In this document: one piece after another, positions 39,302 to 57,300 of the stretch
Layout: each line of letters begins with the position of its first letter
How positions within the stretch are numbered: the first letter of the stretch is position 1
Assembly (NCBI RefSeq): GCF_009914755.1
Contig: NC_060930.1
Reading direction: 5' to 3' (one strand)
DNA from: the human T2T-CHM13v2.0 reference genome, Homo sapiens
Length of the DNA: 64,000 bases
Translations under genes and position numbers: made by a program
The notes under the pieces: generated by a model
Told to the model about the DNA's origin: nothing
Seen by the model: the letters and a program-made list of their open reading frames with translations, nothing else
Databases searched by the model: none

Positions 39302-39620
39302 CAGGTAAGCACTTGCTTATTCATTCTTCAGGAGGCTAAGTCTGGATCATCCACCTCTGTCTCTTCTCAAACCCTTTCAGGGTGTAGCATGGGGCTGGGA
39401 TTGCAATAAGGGCTCAATGAATGTGGCTGGCTGAGCTCTCCTGTGCTGTCCACCAGGCCTCCCCATCAGGTCTGTACCTCCCATCGGGCTGTCTGTCTGT
39501 CTGATGTGGGGTGCCAGTGGCACAGACACGCCAGTGTCTTGTGTTTCCCTCAGAGGCAGCCTCAGGGCTCAGCCTGCTAAGGGTGAGGACAAGGATGTGC
39601 CAGGTGGTGACGTCTTAGAC

Positions 39621-41776
39621 TTCATCTGAGCCTTCAGTGAGTCATAATCTTTTTGCTGGTGGAGGGTCTTGCTTCACTGTGGATGGCTGCTAACTGATCA
39701 GAGTAGTGGTTGCCAAAGGTGGGGGTGGCTGTGGCAATTTCTTAAAATAAGACAACAATGAAGTTTGCCTCGGCAATTGACTCTTCCTTTCACGAAAGAT
39801 GTCTCTGTAGCACATGATGCTGTTTGACAGCATTTCACCCACAGTAGAACTTCTTTCCAAATTGGAGTCCATCCTCTCAAGCCCTGCCACTGCCTTCTCA
39901 ACTGAGTCGACGTAACATTCTAAATCCTTTGTTGTCATTTCGACAATGTTCACGGCATCTTCACCAGGAGTAGATTCTGTCTCAAGAAACCACTTTCTTT
40001 GCCCATCCATGTAAAGCAACTCCTCACCTACTTAAACTTTATCCTGAGATTGCAGCAATTCAGTCACATCTTCGGGCTCCACTTTTCATTATAGTTCTAT
40101 TGCTATTTCCACCACATCTGCAGTGACTTCCTCTGGTAAATTGACCAAGTCTCAATTGAGCCTCTCAAAGTCATCCGGGGTTGGAATCAACTTCTTCCAG
40201 ACTCCTGTTAGTGTTGGTATTTGACCTCTTCCGATGAATCATGAATGTTCTTAATGGCACCCAGAATAGTGAATTCTTTTCAGAAGAGTTTAATTTCTTT
40301 TGTCGAGATCCATCAGAGGAATCACTATCTGTGGAAGCTACAGCCTTACAAACTGTATTTTTTAAATAATAAGAATTGAAAGTCAAAATGATTCCTTGAT
40401 TCCTGGGCTTCAAAATGGATGTTAACAGACATGGAAACATTCGTCTCCTTGTACATCTCCGTCAGAGCTCTTGGGTGACCCGGTGCTCAATGAGCAGTCA
40501 TATTTTGAAAAAATCTTTTTTTTTTTTTTTTTCTGAGCAGAGGATCTCAACAGTGGGTTTAAAATATTCAGTAAATCATGATGTAAACAGATGTACTGAC
40601 ATCCAGGCTTTGTTGTTCCATTTATAAAGCACAGGCAGAGTAGATTTAGCATAAGTTTAAGTGCTCTAGGATTTTTGAATGGTACGTGAGGACTGGCTTC
40701 AACTTCAAGTCACCAGCTGCATTAGCCCCTGACAAGACAGTCAGCTTGTCCTTTGAAGCTCTGAAGCCAGGCATTGACTTCTTCTTTCTAGCTATGAAAG
40801 TCTAGGTGGCATTTTCTTCCAATAGAAGGCTCTTTCATCTACATGAAAAATCTGTTGTTTAGTGTAGTGACCTTCATATCAATGGTCTTAGCAAGATCTG
40901 GAGTGCTTGCTGCCTCATCTTGCACTTGATTTTACGGAGACGGCTTCTTTCCTTAAACCTCATGAACCAACCTCTACTAGGTTCCAACTTCTCTTCTGCA
41001 GCTTCCTCACCTCTGTCAGCCTTAATAGAACCAAAGAGTTAGGGCCTTGCTCTGGATTAGGCTTTGGCTTAAGGGGATGTTGTGGTTGGTTTGATCTTCT
41101 ATCCACACCATGCAAACTTTCTCCATATCAGCCATAAGGCTGTTTCACTTTCTTATCACTCGTATGTTCACTGCAGTAGCACTTTTCATTTTTTTCAAGA
41201 ACTTTTTCTTAATATTCGCAGCCTGGCTGTTTGGCACAAGAGGGCGAGGTTTCAGCCTCTCTTGGCTTTCAACATGCCTTCCTCACTAAGCTTAATCATT
41301 TCTAGCTTTTGATTAAAGTTGAGAGACATACCACTTTCTCTTTCACTTGAATACTTAGAGGCCATTGTAGGGTTATTAATTAGCCTAATTTCAATTTCAA
41401 TATTGTTGTGTCTTAGGGAATAGCGAGGCTTAAGGGGAGAGAGAGAGAGAGACAGGTGGAACAGCCTCAGTGGAGCAGTCAGAACACACACAACATTAAT
41501 TGATTAATTCATTGTCTTATATGGGTGTGGTTTATCGTGCCCAAAAATAATTACAGTAGTAACACCAAAGATCACTGATTGTAGATGAGCATAACAGATA
41601 TAATAACAATGAAAAAGGTTGAAATATTGCAAAAACTACCAAAGTGTGACACAGAGACAGGAAGTGAGCACCTATAGACTTGCTCAATGCCGTGTTGCCA
41701 TAAACCTTCAGTTTGTAAAAAATGCAATCTCGGCAAAGTGCAATAAAGCGAAGTGCAATAAAATCAGCTATGCTTG
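39621..41776 (-). mobile_element. Tigger1 DNA transposon, near full length, transposase disrupted
   Basis: Terminal repeat at 41776 with TA; reverse ORFs give Tigger1 transposase peptides (NQKLEMIKLSEEGMLKA; [20 protein letters not shown]); other end truncated. Confidence 0.92.
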
Positions 41777-44611
41777 TATAAAAAGTGCCGGACACATGGG
41801 AGATGCCCCATGTGTGGTAGTTATTAATATTGGTAGTTTTCATGTGCTGACCCCAGGAATACATAGATAGATTAACCCAGATGAACTCTAGGGAAACTTA
41901 CGTTAAGTCTTATGTCTTTTTCCTCCTGATGTCATGGGAACAGACATGTCTTGGAGAGATGCACCCTGGGATCTGTCCAGGATCAGAAACTCCTGGAGCC
42001 AGCCCAGCCAGAGGTACTCCTCAAGGACTTGCTCTCCAAAGCTTCCAGTCATGAAAGTGCTCAGCCCAAGGTGGGTGCCAGGGTGACCGTGCCCCAGGGA
42101 TGGCTGGGCTTCTTTCTCTACCTGTTCAGCCCAAGCCATTTAAGGCAACTGTGGGTTCACAGCAGTACCTCTAACTTTTCCCACCCCATGGAGACCTGGG
42201 CATGCATGAAAGGCTAGGAGGATGGCATAGAATTTGGCCACTGGCCCCTACGGCCATGGGTGGTGGTTGATGACTGAAGAAAGAGACGAAGCCTTGTCAG
42301 GGAGGTGCTTGAACCCTGTCTGGAAGCCCACAGAACTGAGATCAGAGGCAGTGGAGGCACGGCTGCCTCCTGGGCTCTAAATGAGCAAATGTTTAGGAAC
42401 GAGGGTGCCAGAACAAAGCTGCCTGCGCTCCTGTCCCGGTCCCTTCTCAGCTCAAGTCACACATGTGCTAAGAGGCTTTTGGCTCCAAGTGGCTGGTAGA
42501 CATTGGCTGACAGATTTGGGATCTGATAAGAGGCTGTTGATTTCATTCGTTTGTGCAATGTCGGAGATAAATTTTAACAGTTAAAACAGGGAAGAAGAAT
42601 AAAAAAAAGCCCTAGAACTTTGCCAGCATCACAACTCTGCCTGTTTCTTCTAACGGATTTCTTGAAACTGTCAACCGCCTGAGTTGGAGGAGCCTATTTA
42701 TAAGGAGCGTTGTCATGTGTCTTCGGGGGAGCCAGGACCGTCCGAGGGGTTGGCTGGCCCTTCACAATGTGACCCCGCTCCCATGGGCTCCCTCTTTCCT
42801 CCTGCACAGCCCTGGGGTGCAGGAGTCCCTCTGGAAGGCAACAGCTTCCAGCGACTCAAAGGCCTGCAAGGTCATGTGAACCCAGCATCACAGGTCTACC
42901 CACAGAACCAGCAATTTTATCAGTAGTATTATTTATCCTCTGCAAAAAGAGACACTGAAAACAAAGTTCCCTTTCTCAAGGAACTCTGATGAGAACTTTA
43001 AAAATATATTTGACCTTGGAGGATTCATTGTTTTGGAAGCCATGGAGACCTGCCTCATGCAACCCGAAAAAAGGATTGCATCTGTGATGTGTGGGACAGG
43101 CACGAGGGGCCTCTACAACCAATTTACCCTGTGTCTTGACTTCTCTGAGAGTTGCATTGGGTTCAACAGTGATCCCATTTCCTCCCAAAGGGCCACTGGG
43201 AGATCAGGCAGTATCAAACTTATATCCAAAAAGCTCTATACAGTTTCAAGGTGTTTCCAAAGCACATCCTCTGATCCTCATACCCTCCAGGGTGGTAGGC
43301 ACCACAAGGCATTTGCATTTGCTCTGAGATGAAGATACGACCATAGGGTTGTACCCAGAAGGTCTCATGACTCTGGACATCCAGCTCTTTCCACCACACT
43401 CCAACATTCTCAAAGGGAGAAGTGGTCCAGGTTTCCTTCTGAGAGTGAATATCACTTCCAGCACAAGCTGCAGCCTGCATCCCAGCCAGCCCTGCTGATG
43501 CCTCCAAGGATGTGAGTGAGAGTTGCCCACATCATGGGAACCCTTTGCTGGTCTGCAAAATATCCCAGAGCTTGTTCTTTTGAACCCTGTGTGTGGAGAG
43601 CTTTGACTTAAATGTGCCATGCATAGAATGAACCCCTGCAGGGGTGTGCCACCCCTTGGCTTCCCAGGAAGACCACCTGCTTTTCTGACACTGTCCCTGG
43701 AATGACCAACTGTTCAGTGGCCTTTTTACAAACTGTTCAGGCTCAAGAAGTGCACATCCTCATTTACAAGGGACATGTGGAAAGTCTTGAAATTGGATCC
43801 GAAAAGTGTGGTTTCTCCAAGAACTAAAGCTCCCAAAGCAGTTTTGAGAAGAGAGGGACATAGGCTAGCATGGATTTTGGCGTGAATTCTTTTCCTTTGC
43901 TCTTAGGATGTGTATGCTCTCAAAGAGTTTGCCAGCAGGCTATGGGAACTCCATCCTCACACACTCAGCCTCTGCCTCAGGTGGCAGGGGCCCTGGCTAG
44001 GGTGTGGCTGTAATATTCAGGACTGACCGAGTATTCCGCACACTGGTGAAGGGAGGGGTCCTCTGGAGACCATGCCTCTCCTACAGCAAGCCCAACCTGC
44101 AGGTGGGAGGGATGTGCCAGTGCCTTCTCACCACCACGTGCCTGCGTGCCGCCCTTCGTCCTGCTGTTTCCTATCACACCTGCTCTCAGGAACAGGTGCA
44201 ACACAGTCCCACTAGGTGCATAGCTACTCACACTGTGACACGGACACTCCCAGGAACATCAGCCCCATAACGCCTGGGAGAAGAGGGCTGGAGTTCTAGG
44301 CAACCTTGAGCTAAGGAGGGCTCCTTTGGACTGGGGGATTCTCAATGTCTTTGGAGTCTTATTCTTCTCAAAAGTCCCTCTGGAGCAGCCTGGTCTTGGG
44401 GATTGGCCAGAGGGAAAGGTTTATGGCAGCACTTCCATCAAAAGACACCATAGCATCACATCAACTAATGACCAACTGTAATGATTTCACTTTTATCAGT
44501 ATACACATGATTAGAAACTTTAGAAACTGGACCACTCTTCTGTTCTACTAACCTAATGCTCAATACCATGAATCATGTGAGAGGACTCTTGCCCATGTTA
44601 AGTTATGTGAC

Positions 44612-45822
<1,211 letters not shown>

Positions 45823-45834
45823 CATAGCTTTTTT

Positions 45835-46540
45835 CTTTTAAAAACAGACTTCCTTTTCTGAGCAGTTCTAGGTTCACAGAAAAATTGAGCAGAGTACATA
45901 GATATCCCAGGTACTTTCGCCCCTACACACACACAGCTTCCCTCATTATCAACATCCCCCACCAGATTGGCATGTTTGTTTCAATTAATGAACCAACATT
46001 GACACATCTCTATCACCCAGAGTCCATAGTTTAACTTAGGGTTCACTCTCTGTGTTGGGCATTTTATGGGTTTTGACAAATGCATTATGACATGTATCCA
46101 TCATTATAATATCAGAGTAGTGTCACTGCCCTACAAATCCTCTGTACCCTACCAATTCATCCCTTCCTCCCACTCCCCCCTTGGCAACCACTGATCTTGT
46201 TACCCTCTTCATAGTTTCACCTTTTCCAGAATGTCATACAGTTGGAATCATACAGTATGCAGCCTTTTCAGATTGGCTTCTTTCACTCAGTAATATGCAT
46301 TTAAGGTTCCCCCATGCCTTTTCACGGCTTTGCAGCTCAATTCTCTTTGGTGCTAAGTAATATGCCATTGTCTGGATGTACCCCAGTTTATCCCCTCACC
46401 TACTGAAGGATATCTTGATTGTTTCCAAGTTTTAGCAAATATGAATAAAGTGGCTCTAAACATCCGCGTGCAGGTTTTTGTGTGGAAAAGGTTTTAACTC
46501 GTTTCATAAATAAGGGGTGTGGCTGCTGGAAGTTACGCAA
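45835..46540 (-). mobile_element. L1MC1/L1MD-type 3' fragment
   Basis: gagcagttctaggttcacagaaaaattgagcagagtaca..., ttttccagaatgtcatacagttggaatcatacagtatg. Confidence 0.85.
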
Positions 46541-46879
46541 CTTTTACTTTACCTTGATGGCTGTCAACCTGGGCTGCCCATTGTAACCACCTGGTGAGCA
46601 TTTAACAAATAAATCCCTGTGCCCACCCCCACCCAGGCCACTTAAACCAGACTCAACGAGGGTGGGGCTTGAACAAAGTGTTAACCAACCCATTGGGAGG
46701 TCCTGAAGTGCAGCCGGTGTTGAGAATCACCAATTCAGAGGCTGACACCAGATTCCTGAGTTTCTGCAGATTTCTCCTCAGCTTCTCTACCAAGGGACAT
46801 TTAGACTTTGAGAGCAGTAAGAAAATGGTTAAATAAACAAGTATTTGTTATGTTTTATAAAACATTTCTTTTTAAAAAT

Positions 46880-47586
<707 letters not shown>

Positions 47587-47879
47587 TATGAAACATTTCT
47601 ATTTTCGTTTCTAGAAAAATCGATTTCATTTTTCTAGAAAGTTCTATATGAAGTTAACATCTGCCCTTTTTCACTCCCTTTGACTGACAACAGGCCCCAG
47701 AAGGTCTCCTTTTAATGCATTTCAGCATCCCTGGGCCCAGCCAGGCCACCTTGGGCATTCCAATCAATTCCAACTTCTCCCAGCTCCCAGGGGCAATAGT
47801 TCTTGCTGTTAGGAACATGGACTTGATCCAACTCCCTTCCCTCTGCACCAGCTTGACCTGGCCAGTTCCTTGTGGCTAA

Positions 47880-48298
<419 letters not shown>

Positions 48299-49095
48299 CC
48301 AGAATGTCTTTTTGATACACATCGAACAGATATAAACTGAGTAGCTCTCCTTGGATAGTGGGCTGGAGGGTCAGGCCCCCCATGCGACATCCCCTGCTTG
48401 ATGACCTGGTGGCTCAGGCACTTCTGAGAAACTTGTAGAGTCCAAAAGGTGACATGTTGAGCCTTATTTTCCACAGATGACATGGGGGTAAGGGTGGGCA
48501 GCAATCCGAGAAGAAACGCCCCCATTTCACAGGATTTGTTGGGGCCGGCCTTTCCGTCTTTAGATGCGTCTTGTGTGCGAGGCACTGTAGCTGCTCTCCA
48601 AATGGTGCCAAGTGCCTCCCTACTCTCCTCCACCTTGTTCCTCCCACCTGTGTTCTGTCCTTGCCCTCCCTGCTCTCTCCTACCCCTCCCCTCCTTTCAC
48701 CTTCCCTCCTCCCCATCCCCAGGCTGGATCTGAAGGACAGATGTCTTCCCCTGAGAGGCAGTTGCTCTCAGAGGAGGAGCTAGCCTACCAATGCATCAGA
48801 TGCCCCAGTGTTGGGGGAAATCATCTTCCTTGGAAGTCAGGCCCTAAGCATTTGGGCTCTCCCAGGCTTCCCTCTGCCCAGGTGGAGCTTGGAGTCGCTG
48901 AATTCAGATCCAAGTGAAAAGCAAGTCCCAGGGCAGCCGAGCAGGCAACTTCTAAGCAAGCAAGTGTGGGGCTCTGAGTGGGAGAGAGGAGAGAGTCTGA
49001 GAGTGAAAAAGGAGTCTGTTGCTCTTCCATTTCTTCCTCCCCTCCTTCTACTTTCTCTCTTGCTTTCTCTGCCTTTTGTTGCTTTGACTCTCTAG

Positions 49096-49253
49096 AAAGT
49101 CTCCCTGGAACTGGAAAGTGGCGTCATTGAAACATTCCAGAAATGAGCTGAAGTCACTCAAGGAAGGCCTTGGGAACTAAGGTTTGGCCCGATGGGCAGT
49201 GCACTGTAGACATTCACATGCGCTCCAGCACTGAACACTATGCGACCTGGCAG
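49096..49253 (+). other. Candidate non-coding internal exon
   Basis: ~70-nt polypyrimidine tract ending TCTCTAG (49095) and consensus donor CAG/GTAAGT; stops in all three frames. Confidence 0.45.
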
Positions 49254-49744
49254 GTAAGTACTCAATCTTTATGACGTTGGTAATGAAGCGAGATAACACC
49301 TCCAGTGCACGCTTCCTTTCTCTGCCCCTGGAACATCCCTGAAGCACGTGTGAGGCGTAATCTTTGAAGTGGTAATTATGAAATGTTTGGCACTGAGCTC
49401 TCTGCTCTGACCCAGGAAGAGGCGTTAGAGGAATTCTGTGGAAGGTTTGCAGAGGTCATTGACCCAGGATGCTGCTGGAACCCCAGCAGGAGGGGAGGTC
49501 CCAGGAATAGCACATCGCTTGTCCTGCACAAAGGGAACCACTGGGAGCCCAGACTGGAAAACACCATGCGCTTCTTACTCCTGCTGCAAAGGAAGAGGAG
49601 AGACCTGGAGAAGGCTGCAACAAGAGCAGTTGAGATGACCACGATTAAGAAGACGTGGCTGCAGAGGTCAGACTCCAAAAGGACTCTCAAAGGTCAGTGG
49701 CTGGGGGTTGTTAGGGCTTATTCATGAGGAGGCCTACCACAAAG

Positions 49745-50665
49745 AGCTTTAAAATAGGCAGCAACTCCAAAAAGTCAACAATGAAAACACAAACGTCCCA
49801 ATGAAAAAACAGAGAGAGGACTTCAGCAGACATTCTCCAAAGGAGACAGATAGCCATTAAGCACATGAAAAGGGACTTAACCTCGATAATCATTAAGAAA
49901 ATGCAAATCAAAACTACAATGAGATACCACCTCACACCCATTAGAATGGCCATAGCTAAAAAATAAACAGAAAATAACAGGTATTGAAGACATGGAGGAA
50001 CTGGAACCCTCATGCACAGTCAGTGGGAATGTAAGACGGTGCAACCACTGTGGAAAACAGTATTGAGGTTTCGAAAAAAATAAACATAGAATTATCATAT
50101 GATCCAGCAATCCCACCTCTGGGTATACAACCAAAGAATTGAAAGCAGGGGCTCAAACAGATATTGGTACACCTATGTGCCTGGCAGCATTACTCACAAT
50201 AGCCTAAAGATGGAAGCAACCCATATGTCCATTGAAGGATGAATGAATAAACAAAATGTGGTCTATCCAGACAATGGAGTATGATTCAGCCTTAAAGAGG
50301 AAGGGAATTCTGCCACATGCTGCCACACGGATGACCCTTGAGAACACTATGCTCAGTGAAATCAGCCAGGCACAAAAAGACAAATTGTCCGTGATTCCAC
50401 TCACATGAAGCACCTACAATTGTGAAATTCATAGACAGCAAGTGACATGATGGTTACCAGCGACTAGAGGGAGGGAGGGATGGGGCGTTAGTGTTAATGG
50501 GTTCGGGGTTTCAGTTTGGGACAGTGAAAAAGTCCTGCAGCTGAGTGGTGGTGATGGCTGCACGACAACATGAACGTGCTTAATACCATGGAACTATGTC
50601 CTTAAAAATGGCTAAGATGGTAAATTTTATATTATGTATATTTTATGGCATGATAATATTAAAAA
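49745..50665 (+). mobile_element. L1MB-type ORF2 end and 3' UTR
   Basis: aaatgcaaatcaaaactacaatgagataccacctcacaccc..., ggtggtgatggctgcacgacaacatgaacgtgcttaatacc. Confidence 0.88.
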
Positions 50666-52259
50666 GATGGGCAGGGAAGGAAGTAGTGATGAGTGTGGGC
50701 AGGGGTTTGAATTTGTGTCCCAGAAACCAGAACAGGACAGGAGGCCGGGAGAGATAACCTACAGGAGAGGCTCCCATTCACGGGCCCTGCAGAGGGTCCT
50801 CCCCTGAGGGCTGTGCGTAGGTACCCAGGGGCCCAGGTTGTATGAACCCCCTGCAGGCAGGGCCTGGCAGAATCAAAGCAGCAGAGGATTCCAGCAAATG
50901 TCCCCAGGGGCAGGAGGATGAGGCTGTGCTGAGGTACCTGGCCTCATTGGTCAAGGGGTCTAGAGAAGAATGTCAGACAGCACTAGTGCCCTTGGGGCTT
51001 CTGGAGTGAGCACTGAATCTCAGATCAGCTTCCTCCTCAGTCTGCATAGAAGGCTGGAAGTGCTGTCAAACAGGGTCCTGAACTCTTGGGGGCAGGTTGG
51101 GGAGTCTGCCAGTCTCTATTGGCAGGTTGGCCAATAGGGACGCTATTCCCTGTTGGCCACCACTGCCATGACGGGAGGACCTGGGTGGGAGGTTTCTGGA
51201 GCTCAGTGACAACCACCAAGCCAGCATGTGTGACTAGGGCTGGGTTTGAAGGAGGAGCTCAAGGCAGTAAGAGAAATGCAGCCTCAGTGGTTGAGGTCCC
51301 TCCACATTCATGCCTTTAACCAGCTCGACCCTCTCCAGCCCCTTAGCAGAGACAATGAAGCATCCCTGCTTCCCTGCCCATTGGCTGGACCTTCTGTGCT
51401 CAATCCGACCTCACTTTCTGCTTCCAGTTCCTCGTTTCAAGTGGAAATCTCACAGTTTCTAACCCTCTTGGCAGGGCTTCTGTCTTTTGCTCTGAACTCT
51501 TCCTGAGACTTCATGTCAGGATTCAATCTCTCTAGTTTTAACCCCTCTGGTTCTTCCCATCCTTGAACCCACCTCGCCTGGCTCTAGCCCATGGGTCTTC
51601 TATATGCATCTGCCTAGACCCTGTCCCCTGTGAGAGAAACTGACCATGGGATGATGGGTGTTCAGGGCTGCCTTCAGGATGTGGCTTCAAAAGGCAACTG
51701 CCCCTGAGTCCCTGTGGTGCTGAGGAAGGTAAGGAATGGGGACAAGGAGGACAATGACCATGCCCCAGAGCAGGCTTCTGAGGAGGTGTCAGGGAGGACT
51801 CTCCCCCTGTTTTCACAGGCCCCAAAGTTTGCTGGACGGGCCTGGTGGTGAGCAACAGCGTGGTGTGTTTGTGTTCTTGTGGGAGGTGGCAGGAAACAAG
51901 CCCAGAGTCAGGGGAGAATTTCCCCGGGTCACCCACAGGCTAGCACTCAAGACCCAGCAGCAGCACTGGGCTTCAAGCCACCAGCCATCCTCTCCAGATG
52001 CTGCTCCCTCAACAGGAGAGCAGAAGGCTCCATTCCACCCCACCATCAGTGCCTCTTCTCAGAGTGAAGCTCACTAACTTCTCAGAGTGAGGCTCACTAA
52101 TGTTCACTAACTGAGCCTTGAAGCACACTTAGGGGAGGCAAGAAGGAGGAGCGCCAGGCCCTGAGTCCTGGGGAGAAGTGACGCTGAGCACCGTTTCTGT
52201 ACTAAATGCACATGAATCAACTTGCCACTTCCTCTAGCTCAGGACTTGTCCCTGTCACC

Positions 52260-52552
<293 letters not shown>

Positions 52553-52764
52553 ATCCCTGTCACCTTTAAACAGCATTGTCCACAGCTTAATGTCTGCAGG
52601 GCCAGAGCATGGCCTCTCTCCATGTTCCTGTGAAGAGCCTTCATTGGAATCATCCTGGGCCATAGAGCTTTAACGTGCTGTCCAGCTAGCCCCTCCACTA
52701 GGGCAGCAAGGAGAAAGAAGCTTATTTATTTATTTATTTATTATTTATTTATTTTAAGTTAAAG

Positions 52765-54385
<1,621 letters not shown>

Positions 54386-57300
54386 TTACGGATTTTATCT
54401 AGACAAAAACAAGAGATATAAGAGAACAAACCAACACCAGCAGCCACTGTGACCATTTGAGCCCACCCGTGGGGGGACTGGTACTTTACACGTGTTGTAT
54501 CTTTTCTGGCTCTCTCTCTCCAACCCTGCAGGGCAGGTGGCATCTCTACTTAACCATGAGGGAACAGAGGCTCAGCCAGCATGTTGAGACACCAGAATTC
54601 AAAAGCCCAGTATCCTCCCAGGACTCCATTAAAGCAGATGTGCAGAAGGCAGTACGGCCGGAGCACAACCAATGCCCCTGGGGGAGGCCCACGGGACCGT
54701 TAGGAAAATAAGACAGGCACAGGAAAGAGATGTCCAGCGTCTGAAGACAAAGCCACAATGAAAGCCACCATTCTGGGGTTGGGAAGGTAAAGAACTTCAA
54801 ACCAGATAAATGAAGACTGCAGAAGAAAGAGGAAGAAATGGAAGTTGCTCTCTGACAGGACAACATGAATTTGGCAAGGGGTGGATTAGGCCGAGTGCTA
54901 TCCACGGTGATGAAACACAGCAGCCGGTAGTCATGAAATATTTATGAATGGGGAGAGGATGCTGCATTCTGCAGTGCAGCACAGGGGAAACCGAAGTTTC
55001 AAGAATACTGTAATAGCAAAACCCTCCATTAATTATCGGAAGCAAGCTGTAATGCCAGTTCCTATGGCAACAGGGTCCCCAATGGATTTTGTGCTTTTTT
55101 TTTTTTAAGCTGCTCCCATTTACTATGGTACATTGCATTTATTTTCTATCGGAGGTTTTGTGCTTGTCTTCTGCAAATGAATTCATCCTGTCCTCACAGT
55201 GGCTGGTGTGGAGACCGACAGGCTGGGGCCTGGGGAAGGTTAAAGATTATGCAACTTTGAGCTAAATGCTCTGTAAGCACATTGATGACTGCTATGAGCA
55301 CCTTCACTTCTGAGGGGAAAAGGAGGGGAGGGCAGGAAAGAGGTGTGGAAGGGAATAACTAGGGTGCATGGCTAATTAGAGGGCATCTATCCCAGCCCCC
55401 ACACGCATGGTCTTTGGAATCCAGGCTTGCACCAGGGAAGAGTCCTTGAACCCAGCTGGGCTCTCCAACAACGTGCCTGCTGCAGCTGCAGTGGAAGCTG
55501 ATAATTGCTCAGAAAGCTCAGACACAGAGTCCTCTGGGGTAAGGGTGCTGGAGAGAACAGTGGCTTGGTTCCCAGAGGAGCAGGCTGCCCCTCCCAGAGA
55601 AGCACTCCACCTGTAGGCCCAATCTCTCTGCACCGCCCCCCCCCCCCACATTGCTTATCAGCTCCCCCTCAGTGTGAAGTGGGAGTTTAATCTGGTGGCC
55701 CTTTGAATGCGGGTCTTCCAGGGGAGATGTTCTGTGTTTGCCTGGCCATGGGCTGCTGTTCACAGAAACATTCTGTCCCAGGCCACAGGAGCGCCTCAGA
55801 GCCACCCTGGGGTGTGGGCGAAGCGGTCAACAGCGGCTTCCTCCATCCTTCCCCGGATGAATGACTGACAAGTTGATGGCGGAGCACCCCGCCGCTCACT
55901 CAGGAAGAGGCTGCCTCCAGGTGGGGAGCTTGTACGTTTCCCTCTCAGGGCTGCAGCTGTGGCTTGGGAGGTGTCCTGTCTTTTTGGTGGCCTCATGAGG
56001 GCTGTGTGAGTCCTGATAAATGGCATAGGATGGGGAGTCCCCTTAATGGGGGACAGTACAGGTCTCCTGTCCGTGGGGCTATTCCAGGTTAAAAATAGAT
56101 TCTACCGCTGCAGAATGATTATGCTGGCTCTACTGTGCTTTCTAAGTCACCAAAGGGACTCACAAGCATGTGTGAGTAGAACTGGGAGGATGCCAGAAGA
56201 GGGATGAAATAAAAATTGTGTACGTATATGTTTCTTTTTGTGGAATTCTACCTGGAGCCATAGGAGTACGACTTACCACTCAAGAGAAAGGCTGTGCCCA
56301 GAGCCAAGGAGGAGCTGTGGAGACGTTTCTCCCAAGTCATCCGTTCTCCCTATTTAGACTTCAACCTTAGGACGGACCTTCAGGCATCCAGGCCACCTAC
56401 TGACCTCTCTGGCATGGGTGGGAACCGGGAGCTCGTTGGTAAGCAGGAGGATTCAGGACTATCGAGCGAACACCACTTCCTCCGTGGCACGCACCGCGCT
56501 GTGTCTTTGGGCTCATCATCTCATCACCTCTGCACAGGAAGATTATCTCCCCCACTTCGTGATGAGGAAACGGAGGCTCCAGGAGGCAAGTCATTGCCCA
56601 GGCCACACTGCTCCTCAGAGGCAGAGCTGAGATCAGAACTCACTTCTGTCTGACCCCAAAGCCTGTGCCAAACGCCTTGCTCGCTGGCCTCTTGCAGGGA
56701 AGGGCAGTGTCCCATTGCAGCCAGGCCCCAGCACAATACCAGGCTCTGCAGGCCCTGCATCACTTTCCCAAGGCCCAAAGGGGGCACACCACAAAATGCT
56801 GGGGGTGTAGGAAGAAGATATCAGAAATTCTAGTTATGATTTCCTCTTATCCTAGTAAAATACCAACTTTTATGTCTGTGTTGTGATGCATTTATGAGCT
56901 CAGCAGCACATTTACAGAATTTATAAATCAATAAACCTTCACATTGTGGAATACATGCTCAAGTTTATTTTACTGATATTGGAAGTGAGCAAAAAGACTA
57001 GAGTATCATGTTCAAGATAGTGACCAGGGACCACCCCAGGGCTCCTCGGGGACCAGAAAGGATGGCTTGCCGAGGGTGGCCTCCATCTTCCCTGCAGCAT
57101 TGTTTGTTCCCCGGGATCCTTCCAGGCCCGCTCAACTCTGATCTCAGTCCCCTGTGCATTTCTGTAGGAAGCTCGCTTTTACTAGACCTGAGAGTTCAGG
57201 CAAGCCCTGTACCCTCGGGAAGCCGGCTGTGTGCTCTGCTGTTGTTTGCTCTCTATGGGGGCTCTCCAGTGGTCCAGCGGGCATTACAGGAGCACAGGGA

